Source: a bacterium (GTDB taxonomy: Bacteria > Zhuqueibacterota > Zhuqueibacteria > Residuimicrobiales > Krinioviventaceae). Taken from it: a stretch of 64,000 nucleotides of DNA. The position numbers and the translations under genes were made by a program. Below, one piece after another: positions 1 through 10,125 of the stretch. The notes under the pieces are model-generated. The model searched no databases. It worked only from the letters and a program-made list of their open reading frames with translations, and was not told the DNA's origin. The stretch's first letter is position 1; every line of letters starts with the position of its first letter. The DNA is taken from the NCBI GenBank assembly GCA_963674595.2, contig CAXXFV010000016.1:352001-416000 (forward strand), read 5' to 3'.

Positions 1-468
1 ATCAAAATCTGTATTATCTACTTGAATATCTTCTGATGAAGTATTTTGTTCAATTTCGGGAATATTCGTTGTATCTTCTTCATTGGTTTCAGTTGGCGCA
101 TTTTCTTCAATTTCTTTGGTAGATTTTCGGTCCAGAAATTGAATTCGTCTGGCCCGAATTTCAACTACGTTTCTTGTTGTGCCGTCTTCATTACGCCAAA
201 TTCTGCTTTGAAGTTCTCCATCAACAAGAACAGAGCTGCCTTTTTTTAATATTTCAAGGCATGTTTCTGCCAATTTATGCCATGCAACGATCCCAATGAA
301 ACAAACATTTTCCCGCCAAATGCCGGAATTATCTTTATATTTTCTGTTTGATGCAATATGAAAATTAATAACAGGTGTTCCGTTAGATGTTTTACGGAAC
401 ATCGGATCATTTGTCAATTTTCCGGCAATTAAAGTGTTATTGATATCTGGCATTTTCAATTCTGCCAT
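1..468 (-). CDS. ssb: single-stranded DNA-binding protein (3' end runs off window)
   Basis: Manual translation MAELKMPDINNTLIAGKLTNDPMFRKTSNGTPVINFHIASNRKYKD...VLVDGELQSRIW...VVEIRARRIQFLD; AGGAG SD; follows rpsF. Confidence 0.93.
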   Translation of the reverse strand, partial: MAELKMPDINNTLIAGKLTNDPMFRKTSNGTPVINFHIASNRKYKDNSGIWRENVCFIGIVAWHKLAETCLEILKKGSSVLVDGELQSRIWRNEDGTTRNVVEIRARRIQFLDRKSTKEIEENAPTETNEEDTTNIPEIEQNTSSEDIQVDNTDFD

Positions 469-531
469 AATTAACTCCTAATTATCAAAGCCAGGAATCT
501 TTTGTTAATTTAAGTATTAAATCCAATACTT

Positions 532-1035
532 TTATTTTTCTTCTTCTTCTTCTTCAGTTGAATCTTTTACCTGTTCCTCTTCTGTTGAGACAGGTTCTTC
601 ATCACTTGAATCATCAATTTTTTCTGAAGGAGTTTCTACTGATTCAGATGGAGTACTTTTATCCTCTGCTGAACTAACGGAATCTTTATCCTCAGTCTTT
701 TCAACTGTTGGAATAACAGATTGACTTTTTTCCAAAGCTTTTAACGCTTTTTTATCCATGACAAAGGTTTTATATCTCAAAATTGATTCATTTAGACGAT
801 ATTCACGTTCCAATTGTTTAATCATGGAGCCTGGGCCGTCAAATCGAATTAATACATAATAACCGTATTGTCTTTTTTTGATTTCATAGGCCAGCCGTTT
901 TTTGCCCCATTTGTCAACCGTTTCTATCTGGCCGCCATTAGCAGAGATGAATCTTTCATATTTATTGATGATGCTTTCAATTTCTTCAGCTTTTAAAAGT
1001 GAATCAACAACAAATATTGTTTCGTATTTTTGCAA
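532..1035 (-). CDS. rpsF: 30S ribosomal protein S6 with long acidic C-terminal tail
   Basis: YETIFVVD...WGKKRLAYEIKK...GYY...ILRY; probable TTG start at 1035 after GGAGG (ORF track starts at 1047). Confidence 0.96.
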   Translation of the reverse strand: MQKYETIFVVDSLLKAEEIESIINKYERFISANGGQIETVDKWGKKRLAYEIKKRQYGYYVLIRFDGPGSMIKQLEREYRLNESILRYKTFVMDKKALKALEKSQSVIPTVEKTEDKDSVSSAEDKSTPSESVETPSEKIDDSSDEEPVSTEEEQVKDSTEEEEEEK

Positions 1036-1039
1036 GTTT

Positions 1040-1096
1040 TCCTCCAAAAAGTTGATTTTTAATGTTTTTAAACATGTTTACCTGGCGAAGGCGTAG
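1040..1096 (-). promoter_or_regulatory. possible S6:S18 autoregulatory leader
   Basis: CCUUCGCCA can pair with UUGGAGG containing the rpsF SD; position matches the known S6:S18 leader; not model-tested. Confidence 0.3.
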
Positions 1097-1129
1097 TTTA
1101 AAAAATATATAAATCGTAACAATTCTCTT

Positions 1130-1714
1130 TTAGTTTGTTTTTTCTTCAGTATTGATAAGGTTCATTGTCTTATCAATACCTATGGAAATAAAATTTCTTA
1201 TAGTAATAATGGCCTGTGTTTTAATTTCGTCTAGTTTTGCATTTTCGTTTTTTGAAAATGAAGATAAAACATAATCGGCCATATTTTCTTTTGCATATTC
1301 TCCGCCGATTCCAATTCGCAAGCGGGCAAAATCTTTAGTGCCTAAGTGACTGATGATGGATTTCATTCCATTATGTCCACCAGCACTTCCTTGGGGGCGC
1401 AAACGAATCTTGCCAAATGGCAAGTCAGTATCGTCATATATTACTAAAAAGTTTGACAATTCAATTTTGTAAAACCTGCATAATTCACTAACAGCCAGTC
1501 CGCTGTTGTTCATGAATGTTTGTGGCTTTGCAAGAATTGCTGAATTTCTTTCAAGGACTAAATCGCAGATTTCTGATTGAAATTTACTTTTTTTAAACTT
1601 TTCTCGTGCATCGTCAGCGAGTTGATCAAGTATTAAAAAACCGCAATTATGTCTTGTTTTTGAATATTTTCGACCCGGGTTTCCCAGGCCGACAATTAAA
1701 TATTTATCCTGCAT
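1130..1714 (-). CDS. pth: peptidyl-tRNA hydrolase
   Basis: LIVGLGNPG..Y..TRHN.GF, KPQTFMNNSG, GSAGGHNG, RLRIGIG. Confidence 0.97.
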   Translation of the reverse strand: MQDKYLIVGLGNPGRKYSKTRHNCGFLILDQLADDAREKFKKSKFQSEICDLVLERNSAILAKPQTFMNNSGLAVSELCRFYKIELSNFLVIYDDTDLPFGKIRLRPQGSAGGHNGMKSIISHLGTKDFARLRIGIGGEYAKENMADYVLSSFSKNENAKLDEIKTQAIITIRNFISIGIDKTMNLINTEEKTN

Positions 1715-1734
1715 TTTAAACGGGCGTTTTAATT

Positions 1735-2355
1735 TTATTCTTTAGATTGCCCGATGACTTCAGGTTCAGCACTTTCTTCTTCTACTTCAGATTCTTCTGT
1801 TTCAGATACACGTGGCGGTGAAACTGTTGCTATGATTGTTTCGGCTTCATTAAGTATATCATATTTTTCAGTTTTAATATCAGCAATGCTTAAAGTTTGA
1901 TTTAAACCAACATCGCTAACATCAACTTCAATGTTTTCAGGGATGTCTGTCGGCAAACATTCAACTTCGATCTCTCTTAATATATGCTGCAAAATACCGC
2001 CGTGGTTTTTAACACCGTCCGGAGTGCCTGTCAAGTGTAAAGGAACAGAAACAGTAACTTTTTCATCCAATTTAACACCCATTAAATCTACATGGATAGG
2101 TGCGTGTGTTAATGGATTATATTGAATTTCTCTGATAAGACATTTTTTGTTTTCTTTACCATCGATTGTTATGTTGATCAAATGTGCTTCGTGTCCTAAA
2201 ATACTCTTTAATTCGCTATACAGCAAGAAAACAGGAAACGTATCCTTACCGTGAAAATAATAAACACCTGGTATTTTCCCCTCTCTGCGGGCTTTTCTAG
2301 CCACTTCTTTACCAGTATCGGTACGTTTCTCAATATTTAAAATAAAATCAGTCAT
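1735..2355 (-). CDS. rplY: 50S ribosomal protein L25/Ctc
   Basis: RREGKIPGVYY, HVDL, VPLHLTGTPDGVK.GG, CLPTDIPE; likely ATG at 2355 (MTDFIL) after GGAG. Confidence 0.96.
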   Translation of the reverse strand: MTDFILNIEKRTDTGKEVARKARREGKIPGVYYFHGKDTFPVFLLYSELKSILGHEAHLINITIDGKENKKCLIREIQYNPLTHAPIHVDLMGVKLDEKVTVSVPLHLTGTPDGVKNHGGILQHILREIEVECLPTDIPENIEVDVSDVGLNQTLSIADIKTEKYDILNEAETIIATVSPPRVSETEESEVEEESAEPEVIGQSKE

Positions 2356-2398
2356 TTTTTTCTCCAAAATTATATATTTCGATACTCTACATTTTTTA

Positions 2399-3355
2399 TC
2401 AAGCTGGACTTTTTTCCGGAAATAAATCAGAGATGGATCGTTCAAAATGAATACGATCAATTGCATCAGCAAGCAGTTCAGAAACAGAGATAATTTCCAA
2501 TTTTGAAAATATTTTATTTTCCGGAATATGAATAGAATCTGTAAAAAATATTTTGGAAATGGGCGCTTGTGAAAGTCGTTCTACAGCATTTCCCGATAAA
2601 ATAGGGTGTGTGCTGGCAACGTATATTTCTTTGGCACCTTGTTTTTTTAAAACATTAATACCATTAACAAGTGTTCCTGCTGTATCAACCAAATCATCAA
2701 CAAGCAGAACGTTTTTATCTTTAACATCTCCAATTAATCGAGTTACCTCACAAACATTGTGTTTTACTCTTCTTTTGTCCAGAATAGCCAGTTCGCAGGA
2801 TAACCTCTGACCATAGGAACGCGCCAGACTTATACCGCCTATATCAGGTGAGGCAATTACCAGGTCTTCGAGTTCCATTTTTCGAATATGGTCGATAAAA
2901 ATTGATGCACCATAAAGATGGTCCAGCGGAATATCAAAAAAGCCTTGTAACTGAGGTGCATGCAAGTCCATTGTCAGGACTCTGTCTGCGCCGGCTTTTG
3001 TTAATAGATTAGCAACCAGTTTTGCACTTATTGATACCCGGGGTTGGTCCTTACGATCTTGACGTGCATAGCCAAAATAGGGGATAACGGCCGTAATACG
3101 ATAGGCAGATGCACGATGTGCGGCATCTATCATAATTAACAATTCTAAAAGATTTTCAGCAGGAGCATTCGTTGATTGAACGATAAAAACATCTGCACCA
3201 CGAATATTTTCTTCGTATTTGACCCAAATTTCATCATCAGAAAAATTTTTTATAGTGACCCGGCCTAATGGTTGGCCCAAGGCAGAGGCAATTTTAGTTG
3301 CCAGTTGTAGATTGGAACGCCCGGAAAAAATTTTTAGCTCACGATTGCTGGACAT
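2399..3355 (-). CDS. prs: ribose-phosphate pyrophosphokinase
   Basis: VIPYFGYARQDRK, DLHAPQLQGFFD, VDDLVDTAGTL. Confidence 0.98.
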   Translation of the reverse strand: MSSNRELKIFSGRSNLQLATKIASALGQPLGRVTIKNFSDDEIWVKYEENIRGADVFIVQSTNAPAENLLELLIMIDAAHRASAYRITAVIPYFGYARQDRKDQPRVSISAKLVANLLTKAGADRVLTMDLHAPQLQGFFDIPLDHLYGASIFIDHIRKMELEDLVIASPDIGGISLARSYGQRLSCELAILDKRRVKHNVCEVTRLIGDVKDKNVLLVDDLVDTAGTLVNGINVLKKQGAKEIYVASTHPILSGNAVERLSQAPISKIFFTDSIHIPENKIFSKLEIISVSELLADAIDRIHFERSISDLFPEKSPA

Positions 3356-3440
3356 ATTATTCTATGCTTTATTTATCATTCGAATTTTTTTGTCAAACTC
3401 CGTTTGAAGTAATTCAAAAAGTGTTTAATTAGATAAAACG

Positions 3441-3479
3441 AAAAAAATGACGAAAATCACCTTGAACTTTCGTCATTTT
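3441..3479 (-). terminator. intrinsic terminator after tRNA-Gln
   Basis: AAAATGACGAAA...TTTCGTCATTTT hairpin followed by T-run on the minus strand. Confidence 0.75.
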
Positions 3480-3493
3480 AATATTTCAGAATG

Positions 3494-3565
3494 CTGGGGC
3501 GGGAGGATTCGAACCTCCGAATGCAGGTACCAAAAACCTGTGTCTTGCCGCTTGACGACGCCCCA
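3494..3565 (-). tRNA. tRNA-Gln(TTG), CCA not encoded
   Basis: TGGGGCG...CAGGT-TT-TTG-GT-ACCTG...GGTTCGAATCC...CGCCCCAG; usual ispE-tRNAGln-prs position. Confidence 0.96.
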
Positions 3566-3610
3566 AACCTTGTATTTAAAAAATACAGAATTTCAAGATT
3601 CATGTATTTT

Positions 3611-4462
3611 TCAAGTTTCATAAATCGGTTTGAAAAGAACGGTTTTATATTTTTTCTTTTCAAGGTCATCAGATGCATTTTTTGCAGTTTCTTTAGATTT
3701 GTATAACCCAAAAATAGAAGAACCGCTTCCGGACATTTGTGCGAAAAAAGCACCACTGTTATATAAATAGCCGATCTGATCGTTTAGCTCCGGATGTTTT
3801 GTAAAAACAACGGATTCCAGATCATTCTTTAAAAAATATCTCCAGCTTTCCAGATCACTAATGCTAGAGATAAAACTTTTAAAGTTACTATTTTTTAGGG
3901 ATTTTGTCAAGTCATATTTAAAATTTTGATATGCCCATTGTGTAGAAATGTGCATGTCGTTTAAAATTAAGACTCCGTGATAATCCGGCTTTTTTAAGAT
4001 CGGTGTTAATTTTTCGCCTCTTCCTTCTCCAAAGGCCAGGCCCCCGTAAATAAAAAACGGCACGTCCGATCCAAGTCTCGCTGCAATGTCAAGTATTTCT
4101 GTCTGTGATAATCCGCAATTCCATGTTTTGTTCAATTCCAGTAATGTTGCTGCTGCATTGCTGCTACCTCCACCAAGTCCGGCACCCGGAGGGATATTTT
4201 TGTAAAGCGTTATTTCAAAGTCTGTTGGTATTGAAGCTTTTTTACATATTTGGTCTACAGCTTTAAAAACGAGATTTGTTTCATCTTCGGGACATATTTG
4301 AGGAATCGACTTTAATTTAAAACCGATTTCAGATTCTTTAATATGAATTGTATCTTTAAAGCTGATTAGTTGAAACAACGTTTCAATGTTATGGTAATTG
4401 TCGTGCCTTTTTTGGGTGATGTGTAAACCCAAATTGATTTTGGCAAAGGAATTGATTGTCAA
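3611..4462 (-). CDS. ispE: 4-diphosphocytidyl-2-C-methyl-D-erythritol kinase
   Basis: AKINLGL, KNIPPGAGLGGGSSNAA, LGSDVPFF, MSGSGS. Confidence 0.97.
   Translation of the reverse strand: MTINSFAKINLGLHITQKRHDNYHNIETLFQLISFKDTIHIKESEIGFKLKSIPQICPEDETNLVFKAVDQICKKASIPTDFEITLYKNIPPGAGLGGGSSNAAATLLELNKTWNCGLSQTEILDIAARLGSDVPFFIYGGLAFGEGRGEKLTPILKKPDYHGVLILNDMHISTQWAYQNFKYDLTKSLKNSNFKSFISSISDLESWRYFLKNDLESVVFTKHPELNDQIGYLYNSGAFFAQMSGSGSSIFGLYKSKETAKNASDDLEKKKYKTVLFKPIYET
3882..3910 (-). promoter_or_regulatory. sigma-70 promoter inside ispE, probably for tRNA-Gln/prs
   Basis: TTGACA-N17-TAACTT. Confidence 0.5.
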
Positions 4463-4491
4463 AAATGCCTCAATCGGATTTTACTGTCTGT

Positions 4492-4776
4492 TTATTTTGC
4501 TTTGGCAGCGACAGCTGGTATTAAATTCTCTACATCAGAATGAGGGCGTGGAATGACATGGATTGACAGCAATTCACCAACTTTTTCTGCTGCTGCTGCA
4601 CCTGCATCTGTAGCTGCTTTTACGGCACCTACATCACCACGTACCAGTACTGTAACCAATCCTCCGCCAATTCTTTCTGTGCCTAAAAGGGTAACTTTGG
4701 CTGCTTTTAACATGGCGTCGGCGGCTTCTACCGCTGCAACAAATCCACGTGTTTCTATCATTCCTAAGGCTTCCAT
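4492..4776 (-). CDS. bacterial microcompartment hexamer shell protein (BMC-H, EutM/PduA-like)
   Basis: [25 protein letters not shown]...[10 protein letters not shown]...HVIPRPH; AGGAGG SD; ATG at 4776. Confidence 0.95.
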   Translation of the reverse strand: MEALGMIETRGFVAAVEAADAMLKAAKVTLLGTERIGGGLVTVLVRGDVGAVKAATDAGAAAAEKVGELLSIHVIPRPHSDVENLIPAVAAKAK

Positions 4777-4836
4777 TGAGTACAATGCCTCCTGTTTAAC
4801 ATTTTTATAGTTACTTTTGATTTAAAAATGAAAAAT

Positions 4837-4865
4837 AAAGTACTAAACTTTTGTTTTATTGTCAA
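4837..4865 (-). promoter_or_regulatory. sigma-70 promoter for BMC-H/ispE
   Basis: TTGACA-N17-TACTTT. Confidence 0.55.
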
Positions 4866-4993
4866 CTTAATTTTTAGACATGTTCTGGTGTCTGCTTATT
4901 GAGCGTTTTAATTACGAGTAAACTTTCTGTCTTGATTTTATAACGGGGTATGCGTACCTTTTGTAAATTTATTCTAAATTATTTTTTAAGGTT

Positions 4994-5767
4994 ATGGAAA
5001 AAATATTTTTACTGTCAGATGCTCATCTTGGTGCCCAAAATGAGCAGGTTGAAAAATTAAAATCGGAAAAATTGTGCTCATTTTTAGAGTTTGTGTATGA
5101 GCAACATGGCCGTTTGATTATTTGTGGTGATTTGTTTGATTTTTGGTTTGAATATAGTCATGTTGTTCCCAAACTTCATTTTCGTGTTCTGAGCCTTTTA
5201 GCTCGTTTGATTGAAAAGGGGCTTCAGGTAGATTATATTTGCGGGAATCATGACTTTTGGCTTAATTCGTTTATTCGAGATCAGGTTGGAATATCTGTTC
5301 ATCAGGATGAATTGATCATTAACGGTGATTCGCAAAAGATTTATATTCGTCATGGAGACGGGTTGTTAAAGAATGATTATTTATATCGCTGCCTTAAAAA
5401 AATATTACGCAGCCGGATTTGTATTATGCTGTATCGATGCCTGCATCCGGATATCGGTATTCCTGTCGCATTATTTGCGGCTCATCTAAGCCGGAACGCT
5501 GCCAAATCCAGGCCTGATTATTGCGATGTGGACTATCGGCAGTATTCGTTCCAAAAAATTGAGCAAGGTTTTGATATGGTTGTTCTCGGACATACGCACT
5601 GGCCGGCCCTGGAAGCTTATAAAAACGGGTGGTACATAAATCCGGGTATGTGGATGAACAAGTTTACGTTTGCCGTGATTGAGAATAACAAGCCCACTGT
5701 ATTTAGTTGGGATGGCAAACAGCCTCAACCTGTTGAATTAAGCTTACCGCCGGGGAATATAAAATGA
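4994..5767 (+). CDS. lpxH: UDP-2,3-diacylglucosamine diphosphatase (LpxH-like metallophosphoesterase)
   Basis: SDAHLG, GDLFDFW, GNHD, HGD, GHTH motifs. Confidence 0.8.
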   Translation: MEKIFLLSDAHLGAQNEQVEKLKSEKLCSFLEFVYEQHGRLIICGDLFDFWFEYSHVVPKLHFRVLSLLARLIEKGLQVDYICGNHDFWLNSFIRDQVGISVHQDELIINGDSQKIYIRHGDGLLKNDYLYRCLKKILRSRICIMLYRCLHPDIGIPVALFAAHLSRNAAKSRPDYCDVDYRQYSFQKIEQGFDMVVLGHTHWPALEAYKNGWYINPGMWMNKFTFAVIENNKPTVFSWDGKQPQPVELSLPPGNIK

Positions 5768-5797
5768 AATATCAGCTTTTGAATGGAGTGTTGATTT

Positions 5798-6592
5798 TTG
5801 TCGTTTCGTAGGAAAATATTCAAGTGGAAAGATTATATTCTTCTTTTCGTGCTGCTGGTTATTTCATTTTTAATGATTTTATTTACAAATAGTCCTGATA
5901 AAAATGTGGGGATTTATAATTTAACCCGTGATGTTTTGGGTAATGTCTTTTTGCCGGTTTCAGAGATGAAGGGATTGTTTGAAATTAAAGAAGAAAATGA
6001 AAAGCTGCGAGTTCAAAACAATTCATTAAAACGGCAGCTCGAATTACTTGAAGAAGCAAAGCAGGAAAATGCAAGACTGCGACAGTTATTGTCGTTTGCC
6101 GAGAACGTTGATTATAACTATGCTGCCGCAAAGGTAATTCGAGAGTCAGATGTTTATGGCATCAAGACTGTTATTCTAAATATCGGCAACGACAACGGTA
6201 TTAAAACAAATTTTCCTGTCGTTTGTGCAGAAGGGCTGGTAGGAAGGATTATTCAATGCTCTGCAAATACTTCCGTTGTACAGTTGTTGAATGATGTAAA
6301 TTTTCGTTCTCTGGCGCGAATTCAGGAAAGCCGGGTGGCAGGATTGTTTAAATGGACGCTTCAAAACAGGGGTGAACTTTATGGCATTCATAAAAGACAT
6401 CAAGTGCGGGAAGGATTTAAAGTGATAACATCCGGGCTTAATTCATTATATCCCGCCGGTCTGGAAATTGGCACAATTATAAAAGTTACCATTGATCGAA
6501 ATAGTTTGTTTCAAAACATTATTGTTGAGCCAAGTGTCGATTTTAACTCATTGGAAGAAGTTTTTGTTTTAATAACAGGGGAGAATCCATAA
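5798..6592 (+). CDS. mreC: rod shape-determining protein MreC
   Basis: N-terminal TM, ENARLRQLL coiled coil, GLVGRI, VITSG...YPAGL.IG. Confidence 0.95.
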   Translation: MSFRRKIFKWKDYILLFVLLVISFLMILFTNSPDKNVGIYNLTRDVLGNVFLPVSEMKGLFEIKEENEKLRVQNNSLKRQLELLEEAKQENARLRQLLSFAENVDYNYAAAKVIRESDVYGIKTVILNIGNDNGIKTNFPVVCAEGLVGRIIQCSANTSVVQLLNDVNFRSLARIQESRVAGLFKWTLQNRGELYGIHKRHQVREGFKVITSGLNSLYPAGLEIGTIIKVTIDRNSLFQNIIVEPSVDFNSLEEVFVLITGENP

Positions 6593-6593
6593 C

Positions 6594-7079
6594 GTGAGAT
6601 TGGCGTTTGCTGTTTTTCTTTTAGCTCTTACATTAGTATTACAACACCTTTTAGGTGGTTTGATATCAGTCCGCGATATAAGCCCTGTATTTTATATTAT
6701 CGTTTTATTATATTCATGCTATTTAACGGGACGTTTTCAGGTTTTGCTGTTGGCGTTTGTGTTTGGTACGCTTTATGATATAATTAACGGCAGCCTGGTT
6801 GGTGCCGGAACGTTTGCAGCAATTGTTGCTGTGTTTGTGTTTAAGACATATATTATGAACAAATCCCGGCATTATTTTCCACGGTTTTTGGTTTTTTATG
6901 CACTTGCTTTATTTATATACTTTAGCTTTTTTTATTTTATAATTTTTATCGGAACTAATTCACTGGGGTCAATATTTTTTAGATATATTCTTCCGGTCTT
7001 TATCTATACTCAGCTTGCGGCTTTATTGATATATTTGATTTTACCTGGCTGGCTATTTGATAATGAGTCCGAATGGTAG
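6594..7079 (+). CDS. mreD: rod shape-determining protein MreD
   Basis: hydrophobic 161 aa with FVFGTLYDI, between mreC and mrdA. Confidence 0.88.
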   Translation: MRLAFAVFLLALTLVLQHLLGGLISVRDISPVFYIIVLLYSCYLTGRFQVLLLAFVFGTLYDIINGSLVGAGTFAAIVAVFVFKTYIMNKSRHYFPRFLVFYALALFIYFSFFYFIIFIGTNSLGSIFFRYILPVFIYTQLAALLIYLILPGWLFDNESEW

Positions 7080-7098
7080 TTTTTAAGCCTGATAGATA

Positions 7099-8862
7099 AT
7101 GTTTTATAATCCTGAACGAAAATATATTTTTTACCTTTTTATTTCAATGGCATTCCTTGTTCTTGGGGCGCGGTTGTTTTATCTGCAAATAATCAAAACT
7201 CAAAAGTACACAACACAATCTGAGCGAAATCGTATAAGACGTATTGTGTTAGAACCGGTAAGAGGATTAATTTATGACCGTAATGGTCAGGTTTTGGTTG
7301 AAAACAGACCTTCATATTCCATTAGTGCCATACCCTATGAATGTTTGTCTAATGATTCTACTTTGGTGTTGCTGGCCCAAATACTTAATAAGCCTAAAGA
7401 AGTGATTGTCGAAAAACTCAAAGCTGCGGATTATCCACTGTCGTCTGTTAAAATTGAACGTGACGTATCTCTGGAACAATTGGGTATGGTTGAAGAACGC
7501 GCATTGGAATTGCCCGGTGTTATGCACGATGTGGGAGTTGAGAGAATGTATCCCGGGGGAATAACATCTGCACATTTATTTGGTTATTTGGGTGAAATCT
7601 CCAAGTCGGAACTGGATGTCAGGCGAAAGGACGGCCTTGAACCAGGCAACCTTGTGGGAAAGAAGGGACTTGAAAAACAATATGATACTGTTCTGCGGGG
7701 TAAAAGTGGTTATAATTATGTTGAGGTCAATGCAAGCGGACGGGAAGTTAAAGATGTAGTGCTTGATATTGAAACAGCGCCGTATCCCGGCAATGATATT
7801 TATTTAACAATCGATGTACGTTTGCAAAAACTTGCTGAAGAACTGTTTGCGGAAAAAAGCGGCGGTATTGTTTTGTTGGATGCTATTAACGGTGGTGTTT
7901 TGGTCATGTGTAGTAAACCGGACTATGATCCTGTTATTTTTTCAGGTATTTTAAGCTCTGAAAAATGGCGTCAACTGGTTAATGATGAAAGGCGTCCCTT
8001 GTTTGACAGGATCGTTCAAAGCGAGTATCCCCCCGGGTCCACATTCAAAATGGTTACTGCTGCTGCTGTTATCCAGGAAAATTTGATCGATGTCGAAAAT
8101 GAACACGTCTTTTGTGACGGATATTATAAATTAGGCAGAAGGGCCTACAAATGCTGGAACCAGGATGGTCATGGAAGTGTTGACCTGTTAGAAGCGCTTC
8201 AGGTATCCTGTAATGTGTTTTTTTATAAACAGAGCTTAAAGCTGGATGCTGATGTTTGGGCTGATTATGCAAAAAGGTTTTTGTTTGGAAAATCGACAGG
8301 AATTGATTTGCCCGGTGAAAGTAAAGGTTTGGTTCCTGGCAGGGCTTATTTAAACAAAACCTATGGTGAGAATAAATGGACCAAAGGTACCATGTTAAAT
8401 TTGGGTATTGGGCAGGGCGACTTGCTGGTCACTCCTTTACAAATGGCACAATATGCTATGATTATCGCCAATAATGGTGTTTTTTTCAAGCCTCACTTAT
8501 TGATGAAACAATATGATCCTGTTAAAAAAGCATTTGATTTTTATGAACCGCAATTTATACAGATTGATAGTATTGCAGACAGTGTGTTTGAAATTTTGCG
8601 ACAGGGAATGTTTCGAGTTGTCAATGCAGAACATGGTACTGGAAGAGCATCTGCCCTGAGTAATGTCAAAGTTGCCGGCAAAACCGGTACTGCCCAAAAT
8701 CCACATGGTGATCCTCATGCATGGTTTGTTGGTTTTGCTCCCTATAATGCTCCCCAGGTTGCTATTTGTGTTTTTATTGAAAATGGCGGCGGTGGAGGCG
8801 CTCAGGCAGCCCCAATTGCCAAAAAAATTCTGGAAAAGTATTTTAACCAGGAAGGATTTTGA
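7099..8862 (+). CDS. mrdA: penicillin-binding protein 2
   Basis: RGLIYDRNG, PGSTFK (SxxK), SCN, GKTGTAQ. Confidence 0.96.
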   Translation: MFYNPERKYIFYLFISMAFLVLGARLFYLQIIKTQKYTTQSERNRIRRIVLEPVRGLIYDRNGQVLVENRPSYSISAIPYECLSNDSTLVLLAQILNKPKEVIVEKLKAADYPLSSVKIERDVSLEQLGMVEERALELPGVMHDVGVERMYPGGITSAHLFGYLGEISKSELDVRRKDGLEPGNLVGKKGLEKQYDTVLRGKSGYNYVEVNASGREVKDVVLDIETAPYPGNDIYLTIDVRLQKLAEELFAEKSGGIVLLDAINGGVLVMCSKPDYDPVIFSGILSSEKWRQLVNDERRPLFDRIVQSEYPPGSTFKMVTAAAVIQENLIDVENEHVFCDGYYKLGRRAYKCWNQDGHGSVDLLEALQVSCNVFFYKQSLKLDADVWADYAKRFLFGKSTGIDLPGESKGLVPGRAYLNKTYGENKWTKGTMLNLGIGQGDLLVTPLQMAQYAMIIANNGVFFKPHLLMKQYDPVKKAFDFYEPQFIQIDSIADSVFEILRQGMFRVVNAEHGTGRASALSNVKVAGKTGTAQNPHGDPHAWFVGFAPYNAPQVAICVFIENGGGGGAQAAPIAKKILEKYFNQEGF

Positions 8863-8877
8863 AATTAAAAGATTGGA

Positions 8878-10104
8878 TTGTTTTTAGTGCTTGCTGAATT
8901 TCGAAAATCACAGTTTGATTGGATTTTATTGATCAGTGTACTATGCCTGATATTGATAGGATTGGTTGCTGTTTACAGCGCTACACATGGGTATGGTTCT
9001 GCTGATTTGCACGACAAGTTTATTAAACAACTTGTTTGGATCGTCATCGGGCTTTTTGTTGCGTTGCTATTTTCATTCATTCCATTTAAATTGTTATTTT
9101 CTTTTACCTATCCTGTTTATGGTGTGTTGCTGTTTTTACTTTTATTGCTGGAATTATTACCGGCGGCCACAGGTTCAGCCGATAGATGGTTAAATATCGC
9201 CGGCTTTCAGTTTCAACCTTCAGAACTTTTAAAGCCTTTTCTAGTATTCACTTTGGCCCGGTACCTAAGTGATGAACATCATTCTTTACACAGAATCAAA
9301 AAGCTATTGATCGTCTTTGCTCTTGTTTTATTGCCTTTTGCGCTTGTACTCAAACAACCTGACCTTGGTACAGCACTGACTTTTATTTTTCTATTGTTAC
9401 CAATTTTATATTGGCAGGGTTTGAGCCTGTTTGTGGTTTTTATTATTATTGCTCCGATTATCAGTTTTTTTGCCGCATTCAATTTTTGGACATTTACACT
9501 TTTTATGTTGATTGTCTCCTTGATACTGATCATGTCTCGACGCGGCGCAAAGGTGTTTTGGAGTGTTTTTGTTATAAATATAATGGTGGGTGTTTTGGCC
9601 CCATTTTTGTGGAATCATCTGCATTCCTATCAGCAAAAAAGAGTTTTGACTTTTTTAGGTTTGATATCTGATCCCCAGGGCGTCGGCTATCAAATTATTC
9701 AATCTAAAGTTGCCATCGGTTCCGGAGGATTGTTTGGTAAAGGCTTTTTACACGGCACACAAACCCAATTACGTTTTTTACCGGCCCAACACACGGATTT
9801 TATTTTTTCTGTTTTTGCAGAAGAATTTGGTTTTTTAGGAACTACTCTGTTATTAGGATTGTTTGCTGTTCTGTTATGGAGGGGCGTTGTTATCGCTTCT
9901 TATAGTAAAAGTCCATTCATTAGCTTGTGTTGTATTGGAATTGTTGCTATATTTGTTTTTCAAATTTTTGTAAATATTGGAATGACACTGGGTATTATGC
10001 CTGTAACGGGTATGCCTTTGCCGTTTTTATCCTATGGCGGTTCTTCCATGTTGACAAGTATGATAATGATTGGAGTATTGTTAAATGCTTCAAAAAATAT
10101 TTGA
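8878..10104 (+). CDS. rodA: peptidoglycan glycosyltransferase RodA (SEDS)
   Basis: FQPSE, QPDLGTA, FLPAQHTDFIF, LPFLSYGGSS. Confidence 0.96.
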   Translation: MFLVLAEFRKSQFDWILLISVLCLILIGLVAVYSATHGYGSADLHDKFIKQLVWIVIGLFVALLFSFIPFKLLFSFTYPVYGVLLFLLLLLELLPAATGSADRWLNIAGFQFQPSELLKPFLVFTLARYLSDEHHSLHRIKKLLIVFALVLLPFALVLKQPDLGTALTFIFLLLPILYWQGLSLFVVFIIIAPIISFFAAFNFWTFTLFMLIVSLILIMSRRGAKVFWSVFVINIMVGVLAPFLWNHLHSYQQKRVLTFLGLISDPQGVGYQIIQSKVAIGSGGLFGKGFLHGTQTQLRFLPAQHTDFIFSVFAEEFGFLGTTLLLGLFAVLLWRGVVIASYSKSPFISLCCIGIVAIFVFQIFVNIGMTLGIMPVTGMPLPFLSYGGSSMLTSMIMIGVLLNASKNI

Positions 10105-10125
10105 TTATTAAGTAAGGAGGTAAGA

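Noticed and set aside
150-190. Apparent frameshift in ssb
   Set aside because: Re-reading gives a continuous frame (EDGTTRNVVEIR); the ORF is missing from the track only because it leaves the window
2356-2472. N-terminal extension of L25 in the ORF track
   Set aside because: Overlaps prs; SD and homology support ATG at 2355
3478-3756. ORFs of 92 and 71 aa over the tRNA
   Set aside because: Shadow ORFs of tRNA-Gln and the ispE end
4994-10104. mreB missing from the mreCD-mrdA-rodA cluster
   Set aside because: mreB is often encoded separately; cannot be judged from one window
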